A stretch of 64,000 nt of DNA, from the NCBI GenBank assembly GCA_965248925.1, contig CBDFLE010000005.1, positions 1,216,001-1,280,000 of the forward strand, written 5' to 3'. Below are positions 18,922 to 29,642 of the stretch, piece by piece. Numbering within the stretch: the stretch's first letter is position 1; the number at the start of each line of letters is the position of its first letter. Position numbers and translations under genes: made by a program. The notes below the pieces were generated by a model. It made no database searches, was not told where the DNA came from, and saw only the letters and a list, made by a program, of their open reading frames with translations. The stretch comes from Candidatus Multivoradales bacterium (lineage in GTDB: Bacteria; Acidobacteriota; Thermoanaerobaculia; Multivoradales; J023).

Positions 18922-21900
18922 ATGCAATTGATAAACCTTCCTGAGTTCAGAACATCACAAGCAGGCCGAGAGACTGGCGGAGCCAAGAAAAAGCAGCCTC
19001 GCAAGGCTCTCACTCTTTGGCGCAGGCTAGTGCTCTGCTTGGCCGTCGTTGGAGTGCTCGTATTTGCGGGGGTCGCCTTGGCCGCCGATCCGCCCCTTGA
19101 GCTGTCGCGAGCCACGTTAGAAACCCAGATCCTCGACCAGATAACCCGCGGCCAGTCGATTGACGAACCGCTGGCAAGCTGGCGGTCAACCGTCCCCGCT
19201 TCGGCCAACGAATCACCCACCAAGGCTACGCCTAACAATCTCGCCAAAGCCCTGCTGGAGCTGCGTCGCTCTCTACCTTCAGAATCCAAGGCGACCCTCG
19301 ACGCCCCCACCCTGGCCATCGCCTGGGAGAGCTTCGAGGCTTGGGATCTACTGCAACGCGACCACTTCGAGCGTACCGCCTCCCGCCTCGCCGCGGCTGG
19401 CCTTGGCGGTGAGCCGAGCGCTCGTCTTGATCAAGTGCGCAACGATTGGCAAGCCTTCAGCGACCGCCTGAAAGTATTGCTCGGTGAGCCCTTGGCCGAG
19501 CTGAAAGCAGCACCGAAGTCCAAGCGCCCAGGGCGAGAGCGGAGACTCGCCAGAGCCGCCCAAGCCGCCGCCGAGCTGCTCGACACCTACCCGACGGCCC
19601 AGGCCCGCCCCACCCTGCGAGCCACCAGCCTGCCCTACCGCCAGCTGCGCTTGCCGGCCCGCCTGCCGGTCACCGAGCCAACCGTCACACCGAGCTATAG
19701 CGACATCTCAGACCCTGACTCCGTTGCCGCCGACTTCGAGCCCGGCACTGCTGCGCCGCTCGCCGATGAAATCCTTCTGAAAGCCGAGGCCCTGGGCTAC
19801 GACTACGTGGCGATCTACGAGTTCGTCCGCCATCAGATCGCCACCGAGTGGTATGCCGGTAGCCTGAAGGGAGCCCTCGGTACCCTGCGCCAGGGAGCCG
19901 GCAACGATGTAGATCAGGCCAGCCTGATGATTGCCCTCTACCGTGCCAGTGGGGCAGCGGCACGCTACGTCAGTGCGGTGGTCGAGCTGTCTCTGCCCTG
20001 GCTCAGCACCCAGATGGGCATCGACGATGGCGCGGCGGTGGCCGACTATCTGGCCCGCGCCGGTATTGCTCGCCGACCGGTGATCCGGGGAGGACGGGTC
20101 GCCGCTTTCGAGGTCGAGCACACTTGGGTCAGTGCCCACGTTCCTTACAGCAACTATCGCGGCTCGGTGGTCGACCTCTCGGGCCGCAGCTGGATACCGC
20201 TAACACCCGCGCTGGAGCCGGTGGAACGGCAGCCCGCAACGCAAGCGCTAGCGGTGATGGGATTCGTGGCCGGGGATTTCGTCACCGAGATGCTGAGCAC
20301 GGCCCAGCTCGACACCCCCTTGAGCTTGCTACGCCAGCGAGTGGAGCAATACTTGCTGGACAACGATGGCGGCACCTACGCCGAGCAGCTCGGCTCGGTA
20401 GTGGCCGCCGGCCGACCCCTCGGCCTGCTGCCCAACGGCTTGTATCATCCGGTTCTGGCGGTAACCTTCGAGGGCGCTGAGCTGCCGGCAAGCGCCCGCC
20501 ATCGACTGCGGCTGATCGCTCGCAGCGAGCCCATGGCGGGATCAGCCGTGATCCTCGATCACCAGCTCGACCTGCATCAGGCCCTCGGCCACCGGCTGAC
20601 CCTCTCCTATGCCCCGGCAACTTCGGACGACCATCTGGTTATCAACCTTTGGGGCGGCTTGGCCGAAGTGCCGCCCTTCCTGGTCCGGCTGCGACCGCAG
20701 CTGTATTTGGACGGCCGCCGCATAGCCGTCGGCGAGCCAGTGGACGCCGCCAAGCTGCACCGCTTCGAGGCGGTGGTGGAAGGGCCGTTCGGCAGTCAAG
20801 AAATCAGCCAGACCGTTCTCTCAGGCGCCTACCACGCCATCGCCGTGGGTGGTCAGCGATTCCAGGCTGTCGGACTTGCCGACAACGATCCCAGCGACGG
20901 CGAGCAGCTCGCCGCCCGCCTGCTGAGCGGTCTGGCCTATGGCTACGGTGCCGAGTGGGACGCTGCCGAGACCGAACTCGCCGGCCTCTTGGCCGTTAGC
21001 CTAGCGCGCCCTATTCCAGCGTTGGTCATCGCCAGCAACTCCTTGCGCACCGAGCTGCTGCTGGGAGTGCCGCAACGGCTGATCTGGGAAGGCGTCACTC
21101 TTGACGCCGCCCTGCGTATTGCCGAGCCCGTTGCTCACGATGGCTCAACCGAAACCGCCGCTGACTGGATGCGACTGGCAGCCCTCGAAGGCTCGGCGCT
21201 GGAGCATGCGGTCTTTGAGCGCCAATTCCAGGTCGGCGCGATCTCGGCTGACAGGGGCTTGGCCCTGGCTCGCGACTCGGGCATCGAAGTGCTACGCCTC
21301 GACGCCGCCAACCTAGCCGCAGAGCTGGCGGGCTTGAATCATCCCCAAGCCGTCCGCGACGACGTGGTCACCCGCATCGCCCAGGGACTGACCGTCGCGA
21401 TCCCTCGCCAGCCAATCAGCGCCACCGCCTGGACAGGCTCGGTCTGGCGAGCCGAGGATCCGGTGAGCGGTGCGGCCGGTTACTTCCTCTCCGGTGGCCT
21501 GGCCGGCGGCGCCACCGTCGAAACCCCCGAGAACTGGCTGCTCGACTTCCTCGCCGACGCCCTCTCGGCACCCATGTCAGACGCCCCCAACACCGACCCC
21601 TTGGCCGGTGTCGAGCTAATCGTTGCCCAAGGCAGCGATGGCCAACTCGGCACCGTCGACCGGGTCTATCGCCACCCTCTGGCCGTGCGGGTGATCGACG
21701 AGAGCGGCCGGCCGGTCAAAGGCGCCGAGGTCACTTTCTATATCTGGGCCGGTGACGGCCAACTGATCGACGACCAGAACCTAGAATCCACCAGCCTCAC
21801 TCTCCGCACCGACGCCCACGGCATGGCCCGCGTCAAACTACGTTCAGGAAAGCTGACCGCCGCCAACCCTCTCTTCCTGCGCCGCTATGGCAGCGACACT

Positions 21901-24900
21901 TTCCAGACCCGAGTGCTAGAGAACGTCGTCGAAGCCGCCGCCAGCTCCAGGCTCGGCGCTCTCACTTTGCGCCAGCCGATCTCCGCCGTAGCCTTCCCCC
22001 AAGACCCTGCCACCCTGCGCCGCACCAACCGCGACGACAGCCAGGGCACGAGCCTCACCGTCCTGCACGGTCTGTGGCAAGACACCCTGTCGATAGCCGT
22101 CGAAGACCCGCACGGCAACCCAATCGCCAACCAAGACGTGGCCTTCACCAACAGCGCCTTCGTTGCCCCCGGCATCAACTGCCCCAACGCGCCGCCAGAC
22201 CCCGTCCCAGGCACTTTCTTCGACGCCACGATCGACAACATCACCGGCGGCTTTACCGGCTGTCCGCTGACCACGCCGCGCTATGGCGACTGCGGTAGCT
22301 CCGGTCTGACCCTGAGAACGGGCTCCTCGGGCCAGGTCTCTGCCGGTTTCATCACCGGTCCAAGCGCCATCGCCAGCTACCCGGCGACGGTCAGTTCGGC
22401 CGGTCTGCCGCCCCTGTCCTACGAGTACAGCGTCACCTTCATCAACAGCACTGGCCTCAACCAAGACCACTGCGGGCCACAGACAACGCGCTTCGTACGC
22501 ACCTTCGGCTTCTTCGTCGATGCCGCCGGCCAACCCAGCTCGGCAGTACGAGCCGGCCGGGTCTACGACACGCCAGTGGGAGTCGAGGCTCTCGAATGGG
22601 TGCCCGAGTGCCAGGGATTGGCGATCGCCGATCCCAGTCCGGGGGGACCGCTGTTCTTCCTGGTCTGCAATGAGCTGCAAGGCGAGTGGCGCCCGGCCTA
22701 CTTCTATCAAGACGACACCCATCCGCTGTCCGTCGTGCTACTGCCCGCCGGCGCGGCCACAGCACCGCAGATCGACAATCTCCTCGGCCGCGTCGAGAGC
22801 CGTCTGCAAACAGGCCTCGACCCGGCCCTGCACAATGCACGGGTATCGCTGCCGGTGCTGCCCAAGAGTCCCTTTCTCGACGATTTCAACGGTGAAGTCA
22901 CGTTGCTCGAAACCCCAGAGGACTTTGCCGCCGTCGGCCTGCTCAACCTCGCCCTCGGCCAGATCGACAACATCGACCAGGAGATCGGCAGCTTGTGGGG
23001 AGTGCGGACTCAGATCACCAGCTTCGAGCCGCCTATCGTGTCCCTCAACGACGACGGGCAGGCCGCCGAGTCGGTAGCGGTGAGGTACCAGATCGAGCCC
23101 ATCGAATATCAGCCCACTGGTGCCTTCGTCGAGCTGCTTCGCGACGGCCAGCGGGTCGAACTCCTGCGCGGCCAGAGCAATGCCGGCGAAGGGCTCGCTG
23201 AGCTGCCCCGCGGTCTCGAACTCGACCTCGACGGCCAGTGGCAGGCCGAGCTGGTGCTCAATCTCGACACTCCCATCGAAGTGCGTGGCGACCCTGTGCC
23301 GCTGCCCCTAGAGCAGCAGCTCTTCGCCGACTACAGCCGCGCCCTATCGGTGCGGCAGGATGTCGACCTGGTCAACCAGCGCCGCTGCGTTCAGCCGACC
23401 CTCTTCAGCTTTGAGCTCAACCGCCCGGCCGAGGTCACCCTGATCGCCCGCCGGATCGAGAGCGTCGAGACCGACGGCAGCCTCAACACCGCCGCCGCCA
23501 TCACCCTGATCGAAGCCGAGATGTTTGCCGACGGCGAGCACGGCGAGCCGATCAGCCCCACCGACCTGCCCCCCGGCGACTACCTGATCGAGCTGCGCGG
23601 CATCGACGCGGTGGATGGCTACGAGGAGGTCCGCGAGGTCCGGCTGAGTTCCGATTGGGACATCTCCGAAATACTGCCCATCGGCCATACCTTGGTCCAC
23701 GGTGTCGACCTTTTCGATGGCCACCTCACCATCAGTAGAACCGATCTCGAAATCCCCGGCCGCGGCATCGGCCTGGCGCTGCGGCGCACCTATTCGAGCC
23801 TGGCGGTGTCGAGCGGCGGCCCCTTCGGCCTGGGCTGGAACCATCGCTACCAGTCGCGAGTCGTGATCACCCCCTGCGGCGAGGCCATCTTGATCGGCGG
23901 CGAGGGCTCGGGCCTGCGTTTCGTCGACGATGGCCAGGGCGGACTACGCCCGCTGCGCGGCTCTCACGGCACCCTGCGGGCCGACCCGGCTGACGGCGGC
24001 TTCGACTTCTTCACCACCTCCGGCAACCGCTTCCACTATCTCTTCTCGGAAGACAGCACCTGGCATTTGGCCTGGACCGAAGACCCCAACGGCAACCGCA
24101 CCACCCTCACCTACATCGCCGGCGCCGATGGCCCCCTGCTGCGTCAAGTCACCGACTCCAGCGGCCGAGCCCTGGTCTTCGACTACCGCCAGGCCAGATT
24201 TGCTGCCTGGGATGGACCGGTGATCGAGCACATCACCGGCCCTGGCGGCCTGGCGATGAGCTTCGATTACGACCGTTTCGGTAACCTGATCACCGCCCAG
24301 CGCGACAACCAGAGTCGCATCGAGCGCTACACCTACCAGACCCAGCCCAACGCCGGCCTGGAGCTGCGGCCGGTGATGACCTCGACGACCAATGGTCTCT
24401 CAGGCGCCAGCACCCATTACACCTGGCAGAGCGGCGCCGTGGCCATCGAAGCCGGATTGTCGATCGATGCCTTGCTAGTAAGCTCGATCACCCACCCTGA
24501 AGGAGGAGTCGCCACATTCGCCTTCGATCAGCAGCTGCTCGGCAACGCCGCCACGCTAGAGCTAGAGACCACCGTCACCGATCGCCGCCAGCGGGCCACC
24601 ACTTACCGTCTTAACCGCTACGGCAGCCCGGTGGTGATCACCGACCCCATCGGCCACACCACCCGCAAGACCTGGACCCCCGGCGACGTGCTGATGCTCA
24701 GTCGCACTGACCAGAATGGGGTCGTCACTAGCTTCGAGTACGACCAGCACGGCAACCGGACCACCGAGCGCGTCCAAGTCACCGACGAGACCGGCACCCT
24801 GGTCACCCGCGAGCGCCTGAGCACTTACTTTTCGCCCTCAGCCTTTATCGCAGAAGGCATCAAAGACCACCTCAAGAGCCACATCGACGGCCGTGGCCAC

Positions 24901-27900
24901 ACCACCCAATTTGAGTACGACGCCCAGGGCAATCTGACCCGCCAACACATCACCGTCATCGATGCCGAGGGCGCCGCCTCCACCGTCGAGAGCCGCCACA
25001 CCTACTACTCAAACGGCGACCGCCGCACCACCACCGATGCTCGCGGCCACGCCAGCACCTTCACTTGGGACACTTTCGGCAACCCGGCCACCGTGCGCGA
25101 CCGCGAAAACGGCCTGACCACCTTCGCCTTCGATTCACGAGGCCGCCAGCTCAGTCAGACCGACCCCAACAGCCACACCACCCGGCTGGCCTACGACGAC
25201 CTAGACCGCCTGATCCTGCGCACCCTCGCCGACGGCAGCGTAGAGCAGATCCAGCACGACGACATCGCCCGCACCCGCACCCAGATCGATCCCCGTGGCC
25301 ACGCCACCCGGACCAGCTTCGATCTAGAAGGCCGGCCCATCGAGATCGTCAACGCCGAGGGCGGTCAGCAGCAGATGGAGTACGACCCAGAAGGCAACCT
25401 AACGCTAGAGAGCACCGTCTTCGACGCCACCACCCTCCGCCACAACACCCTGCTGGTTTACGACGACGCCGGCCGCCTGATCCGTCGCGAACAGCCCGAG
25501 GGCCGCACCACAGACCGAGAACTAGACCCAGCCGGCAACGTCCTGCGCCAGACCCTCGCCGACCGCGGCGACCCGAGCTTCACCCCCCGCGTCACCGAGA
25601 CCGACTACGACCGGCTCAACCGCCCCATCGAGACCCGACGCCTGCTCGACGCCGGCTTCATCGCCGGCCAGATCGCCTTCGATCTGGAAAACAACCCCGT
25701 CCACAGCACCGACCCTCTCGGCCGAGTGACGACGATCACATTCGACGCCCTCGACCGCGAGATCGAGCGCACCGAGCCCGAGTGGAAAGCCGGCACCCCG
25801 AGAGTCAGTCAACGTTTCTGGGACGGCAACGGCAACCTGATCAAGACGGTGCTTTTCAACGAGCCCGAAAACCAGATCCGCGAGACCACCTACGATCGCC
25901 TCAACCGCCCGATCCGCCAGCTCGACGCCACCGGCGAGCTGCGGACGATGGAATACGACCCGGCAGGAAATCTGACTGTCAAGATCGACCGCCGCGGCCA
26001 CCGCACCGAGCACCAATACGACGAACGCAACCGCCGCATCAAAACCACCGTCAAGCTCGCCGCTGGCAACGCCATCACCGAATTCACCTTCGATCCCTCT
26101 AGCAACCTGATCGAGCAGCTCCAGCCCAACCAGAACCGCATCACCCACACCTACGACCCGCTCAATCGCCGTCTGACTAGCAACGATCGCGAAGGCCAGC
26201 TCAGCCAGACCGGCTACGACGCTCGCAGCCTCCCCATCCGCCAAGAAGACGCCAACGGCAATGTCACCCTCAGCCAGTTCGACGGCCTCGGCCGCATGAT
26301 CCGCCAGGATCTGCCCGAAGACCGCACCGTCCTACAAACCTACGATGTCGCCGACAACCGCCTAGCCACCATCAACCCCCGCGGCCACGCCACCACCGCC
26401 CGCTTCGACACCCTCGACCGCCAGATCGAAGAACTCTCGCCAGCCCCCTTCAACTACCTGCGCCAGATGACCTGGGACGACGCCGGCAACCTGCTCTCAG
26501 AAACCGACCGCCGAGGCAACACCACCGAATTCACCTACGACGACCTCGACCGCCGGATCACCCGGCTCGAACCACCCGTCCTGAGCGACGGCTCCGAGGT
26601 CCGCTACCTCACCACTTGGGCCCACGACACCGCCGGCAACCAGCTCACCGAGGTCGACCCCCGAGGCATCCTCACCGAGAACCGCTGGGACGCCGAGAAC
26701 CGCCGCACCCACACCCTGCGCGCCAATCTGCTCATCGAGCAGGTTGAGTTTGATGCCGCCGGCAACCGAACGAAAATCTGGGATGCCAACCGCAACCTAG
26801 CCCAATTCGACTATGACGAACGCCAGCTCATCATCACCGAGCGCCGCCCCCTCAGTGCCACCACAGTCCACACCCTAGACACCATGGGTGATGTGATCCG
26901 CCGCCAAGACCCAGCCGGCAGATTCACCGATTCCACCTTCGACTTCCGCCGCCGCCAGCTCACCAGCACCCGCTTCGGCGCCGGCAACCGACCTGAAACC
27001 ACAGCCTTCACCTACGATTCACAAGGCAACCGCACGAGCAAGCTGCGCCCCGAGGGCAACGCCTGGACTTACAGCTTCGACGGTGCCCACCGCCTCACCG
27101 AAGTCGAAGACCCCGACGGCGATCTCACCACCTACGAACTCGACCAAAACGGCAACCTCATCACCCAGATCGACGCCGCCAGCCAACCCACCACCTACAC
27201 TTGGGACGAGCTAGACCGCCGCACCTCCATCACCCAGGCCGACGGCGCCACCGAGACCTTTACGTTCGACGAAAACGGCAACCTCGCCCAACACCGAGAC
27301 GCCAAAAACCAACTCTTCACCCGCACCCACGACTCGCTGAATAGGGAAATAGCCCTTCAGTACCCAGAAGACCCCTCCACCGACGACGACCTCGAGCAGA
27401 TCACCACCACCTGGGACGCCAACGGCAACCACCTCCAAACCGCCGAACACTTCACGCAAACGGGGGAACTCACCACCACCCAGACCTGGGACGATTTTGA
27501 TCGCCTAGCCACCCGAACCGACCGCTGGGACAACACCCTCATTCACGGCTACGATCTCAACGGCAACCGCACCCTGCTCATTGACCCGGCGGGCATCCCA
27601 ACCACCACCACCTTCGACGCCCTCAACCGAGTCGACACCGTCACCACCCCCGGCGGAGTCACCGACTATCAGTACCTCGCCAACAGCCTGCTCAGCCAGA
27701 TCGACTATCCCAACGGCACCACCAGCACCTGGCAATACGATCCCGCCAACCGCATCAGGGACCTCGACCATCGCCAGAACACCGCCCTGATCTCCAGCTT
27801 CCAATACCAGTACGACCGCAACGGCAACCGCACTGAGCAGATCGAGACCCACACCAGCCAGCCAGCCGAAACCACCATCTACGCTTTCGATCTAGTAGAC

Positions 27901-29640
27901 CGCCTCGCCACCGTCGCCTACCCCGAGAAAACCGTCACCACCACCTACGATGCTGTAGGCAATCGCATCTCAGAATCGGCCGTCGACAACGGCGCCACGA
28001 CGATCACCGACCGCCTCTACGCCTACGACAATCGCCACCGATTAGTAACTGTCACCGACCAACTCGACGCCGCCCAAGCCGTCACCTACACCCACGATGC
28101 CAACGGCAATCAGTCAACCCGAACAAGAGACAGCCAGCTAACCCAGCTGACCTACGACACTCGCGATCAGCTCACCCAGGTCATCGAAGCCAGCGTCATC
28201 CAAGGCACCTACGCATTCGACGCCACCGGCCTCAGAGTCCAAAAGCTAACTGCTGAAGGTGAAGCGAGATACGTCTACGATCAGCAAAGCGTCCTGACTC
28301 GAGAAGACAACGATGGAATCACCAAATTCAACTACGCCCCAGATCGCTTGCTCTCCGTCGATGACCCCGTAGAAGGCCGCGCCTACTACCTCCACGACGC
28401 CCTGGGCAGCGTCGTCGGGCTGATGACCCCCGGCGGCAGCCTGCTCGGTCGATATCGCTGGGACGCCTGGGGCAACAAGCGGGCCTCAGTTGAAACCGAC
28501 GCCAACCCCTTCGGCTTCACCGGCCATGAGCACGATGAGGAAACCGGGCTGATCTATGCCAAAGCGCGGTTCTATGATCCGGAGCTTGGGCTGTTCCTGA
28601 GCAGCGACCCGGTCGAAGGCGATTTGCAGAATCCGCCTAGCCTGCATCGGTATCTGTATGCCTTCCAGAATCCGACCGTCTATGTAGATCCCGATGGTAG
28701 AGCGCCCCTCGGCCTAGACTTTGCGCCTCTGCTCATTCCCGTCCAGGACGCATACCGCCAATCGCTCGCCGAAGAGTCGCGATTCCTGACCAATGCAGAA
28801 TTCGACGCGCTACCCGACGCAGAGCGAGAGCGCCGCATCGACGAAGAGTTCGATCGGCTCATCAACGGTCGCCCCTCCACGCCTAGCGGCACCACCAGCG
28901 AGCAAACCAAGACTCAGGAAGGTGGGGTGATGGCGGCCCTCGACAACTTCTTCATCGACCCGTTCAGAAGGCTTGGCGAATCCGCACGGCGCACTATTGA
29001 GAGCTTCAAGAAGTTCGGCGAACTTCCCGAACGTGATATCCGCAGCACTGAAGAGCGCGCAATAGGCGACACCGTCGCCGACGTTAACCAAAATCTCCAG
29101 CAGATCTCCGAATCCTCCGCAGAAGCCGGGGCCGTCATCGAGAACGCCGTCCAGGCTGGGCTCGATGCAGAAGAGGCCGTAGGCCGTGTTACCCTCGGCG
29201 GACTAGGCATTGGGCTAGGGACGAGGCTGATAAAGAAGGGCGCGCGGGAGGGGGCTAGGGGTACAGTCAGGCGTTTTGGCACGACGAAGCCTGGTCCGCT
29301 AAAGCCAAGCACTGCGGCTACTTTCCGCAGTGGCTCCTATACCGAGCTGACGCTGCCAGAGCCTGTCACGCTGTACCGCGTCTACGGTGGTGAAGCCGGA
29401 AAGCTCGGTCCTTACTGGACGCGTATCAAACCAGCTGGTCCTTTACAGTCCCAGCTCGACTCCGCGCTGCTGCCTCAGTGGGGCAACTCTGCAGACAACG
29501 TGGTGTCGATCCGTGTGCCTGCTGGGGCAACGATCTACGAAGGCTTCGCTGCTCCGCAATCCACAGGAGTTGGTCAGCTCCTGGGGGGCGGGAGCCAGGT
29601 CTATATTCAGCGGGTTGAACCGAGCTGGATCGTCCCCTGA
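18922..29640 (+). CDS. Giant Rhs/YD polymorphic toxin 1: signal peptide, transglutaminase-like domain, Ig-like region, DUF6531, YD shell, Rhs core, TNT/ART-like C-terminal toxin
   Basis: 3572-aa ORF; GSLKGALGTLRQGAGNDVDQASLMIALYRASG; VDLFDGHL...RRTYSS...PFGLGW; dozens of YD repeats; FGFTGHEHDEETGLIYAKARFYDPELGLFLSSDP...NPTVYVDPDG. Confidence 0.93.
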   Translation: MQLINLPEFRTSQAGRETGGAKKKQPRKALTLWRRLVLCLAVVGVLVFAGVALAADPPLELSRATLETQILDQITRGQSIDEPLASWRSTVPASANESPTKATPNNLAKALLELRRSLPSESKATLDAPTLAIAWESFEAWDLLQRDHFERTASRLAAAGLGGEPSARLDQVRNDWQAFSDRLKVLLGEPLAELKAAPKSKRPGRERRLARAAQAAAELLDTYPTAQARPTLRATSLPYRQLRLPARLPVTEPTVTPSYSDISDPDSVAADFEPGTAAPLADEILLKAEALGYDYVAIYEFVRHQIATEWYAGSLKGALGTLRQGAGNDVDQASLMIALYRASGAAARYVSAVVELSLPWLSTQMGIDDGAAVADYLARAGIARRPVIRGGRVAAFEVEHTWVSAHVPYSNYRGSVVDLSGRSWIPLTPALEPVERQPATQALAVMGFVAGDFVTEMLSTAQLDTPLSLLRQRVEQYLLDNDGGTYAEQLGSVVAAGRPLGLLPNGLYHPVLAVTFEGAELPASARHRLRLIARSEPMAGSAVILDHQLDLHQALGHRLTLSYAPATSDDHLVINLWGGLAEVPPFLVRLRPQLYLDGRRIAVGEPVDAAKLHRFEAVVEGPFGSQEISQTVLSGAYHAIAVGGQRFQAVGLADNDPSDGEQLAARLLSGLAYGYGAEWDAAETELAGLLAVSLARPIPALVIASNSLRTELLLGVPQRLIWEGVTLDAALRIAEPVAHDGSTETAADWMRLAALEGSALEHAVFERQFQVGAISADRGLALARDSGIEVLRLDAANLAAELAGLNHPQAVRDDVVTRIAQGLTVAIPRQPISATAWTGSVWRAEDPVSGAAGYFLSGGLAGGATVETPENWLLDFLADALSAPMSDAPNTDPLAGVELIVAQGSDGQLGTVDRVYRHPLAVRVIDESGRPVKGAEVTFYIWAGDGQLIDDQNLESTSLTLRTDAHGMARVKLRSGKLTAANPLFLRRYGSDTFQTRVLENVVEAAASSRLGALTLRQPISAVAFPQDPATLRRTNRDDSQGTSLTVLHGLWQDTLSIAVEDPHGNPIANQDVAFTNSAFVAPGINCPNAPPDPVPGTFFDATIDNITGGFTGCPLTTPRYGDCGSSGLTLRTGSSGQVSAGFITGPSAIASYPATVSSAGLPPLSYEYSVTFINSTGLNQDHCGPQTTRFVRTFGFFVDAAGQPSSAVRAGRVYDTPVGVEALEWVPECQGLAIADPSPGGPLFFLVCNELQGEWRPAYFYQDDTHPLSVVLLPAGAATAPQIDNLLGRVESRLQTGLDPALHNARVSLPVLPKSPFLDDFNGEVTLLETPEDFAAVGLLNLALGQIDNIDQEIGSLWGVRTQITSFEPPIVSLNDDGQAAESVAVRYQIEPIEYQPTGAFVELLRDGQRVELLRGQSNAGEGLAELPRGLELDLDGQWQAELVLNLDTPIEVRGDPVPLPLEQQLFADYSRALSVRQDVDLVNQRRCVQPTLFSFELNRPAEVTLIARRIESVETDGSLNTAAAITLIEAEMFADGEHGEPISPTDLPPGDYLIELRGIDAVDGYEEVREVRLSSDWDISEILPIGHTLVHGVDLFDGHLTISRTDLEIPGRGIGLALRRTYSSLAVSSGGPFGLGWNHRYQSRVVITPCGEAILIGGEGSGLRFVDDGQGGLRPLRGSHGTLRADPADGGFDFFTTSGNRFHYLFSEDSTWHLAWTEDPNGNRTTLTYIAGADGPLLRQVTDSSGRALVFDYRQARFAAWDGPVIEHITGPGGLAMSFDYDRFGNLITAQRDNQSRIERYTYQTQPNAGLELRPVMTSTTNGLSGASTHYTWQSGAVAIEAGLSIDALLVSSITHPEGGVATFAFDQQLLGNAATLELETTVTDRRQRATTYRLNRYGSPVVITDPIGHTTRKTWTPGDVLMLSRTDQNGVVTSFEYDQHGNRTTERVQVTDETGTLVTRERLSTYFSPSAFIAEGIKDHLKSHIDGRGHTTQFEYDAQGNLTRQHITVIDAEGAASTVESRHTYYSNGDRRTTTDARGHASTFTWDTFGNPATVRDRENGLTTFAFDSRGRQLSQTDPNSHTTRLAYDDLDRLILRTLADGSVEQIQHDDIARTRTQIDPRGHATRTSFDLEGRPIEIVNAEGGQQQMEYDPEGNLTLESTVFDATTLRHNTLLVYDDAGRLIRREQPEGRTTDRELDPAGNVLRQTLADRGDPSFTPRVTETDYDRLNRPIETRRLLDAGFIAGQIAFDLENNPVHSTDPLGRVTTITFDALDREIERTEPEWKAGTPRVSQRFWDGNGNLIKTVLFNEPENQIRETTYDRLNRPIRQLDATGELRTMEYDPAGNLTVKIDRRGHRTEHQYDERNRRIKTTVKLAAGNAITEFTFDPSSNLIEQLQPNQNRITHTYDPLNRRLTSNDREGQLSQTGYDARSLPIRQEDANGNVTLSQFDGLGRMIRQDLPEDRTVLQTYDVADNRLATINPRGHATTARFDTLDRQIEELSPAPFNYLRQMTWDDAGNLLSETDRRGNTTEFTYDDLDRRITRLEPPVLSDGSEVRYLTTWAHDTAGNQLTEVDPRGILTENRWDAENRRTHTLRANLLIEQVEFDAAGNRTKIWDANRNLAQFDYDERQLIITERRPLSATTVHTLDTMGDVIRRQDPAGRFTDSTFDFRRRQLTSTRFGAGNRPETTAFTYDSQGNRTSKLRPEGNAWTYSFDGAHRLTEVEDPDGDLTTYELDQNGNLITQIDAASQPTTYTWDELDRRTSITQADGATETFTFDENGNLAQHRDAKNQLFTRTHDSLNREIALQYPEDPSTDDDLEQITTTWDANGNHLQTAEHFTQTGELTTTQTWDDFDRLATRTDRWDNTLIHGYDLNGNRTLLIDPAGIPTTTTFDALNRVDTVTTPGGVTDYQYLANSLLSQIDYPNGTTSTWQYDPANRIRDLDHRQNTALISSFQYQYDRNGNRTEQIETHTSQPAETTIYAFDLVDRLATVAYPEKTVTTTYDAVGNRISESAVDNGATTITDRLYAYDNRHRLVTVTDQLDAAQAVTYTHDANGNQSTRTRDSQLTQLTYDTRDQLTQVIEASVIQGTYAFDATGLRVQKLTAEGEARYVYDQQSVLTREDNDGITKFNYAPDRLLSVDDPVEGRAYYLHDALGSVVGLMTPGGSLLGRYRWDAWGNKRASVETDANPFGFTGHEHDEETGLIYAKARFYDPELGLFLSSDPVEGDLQNPPSLHRYLYAFQNPTVYVDPDGRAPLGLDFAPLLIPVQDAYRQSLAEESRFLTNAEFDALPDAERERRIDEEFDRLINGRPSTPSGTTSEQTKTQEGGVMAALDNFFIDPFRRLGESARRTIESFKKFGELPERDIRSTEERAIGDTVADVNQNLQQISESSAEAGAVIENAVQAGLDAEEAVGRVTLGGLGIGLGTRLIKKGAREGARGTVRRFGTTKPGPLKPSTAATFRSGSYTELTLPEPVTLYRVYGGEAGKLGPYWTRIKPAGPLQSQLDSALLPQWGNSADNVVSIRVPAGATIYEGFAAPQSTGVGQLLGGGSQVYIQRVEPSWIVP

Positions 29641-29642
29641 TC

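Noticed and set aside
25065-26102. 345-aa Arg/Pro-rich ORF, duplicated at 37583-38620, and the antisense 240-aa ORFs
   Set aside because: Alternate-frame shadows of the GC-rich Rhs genes; their duplication simply follows the near-identical Rhs cores
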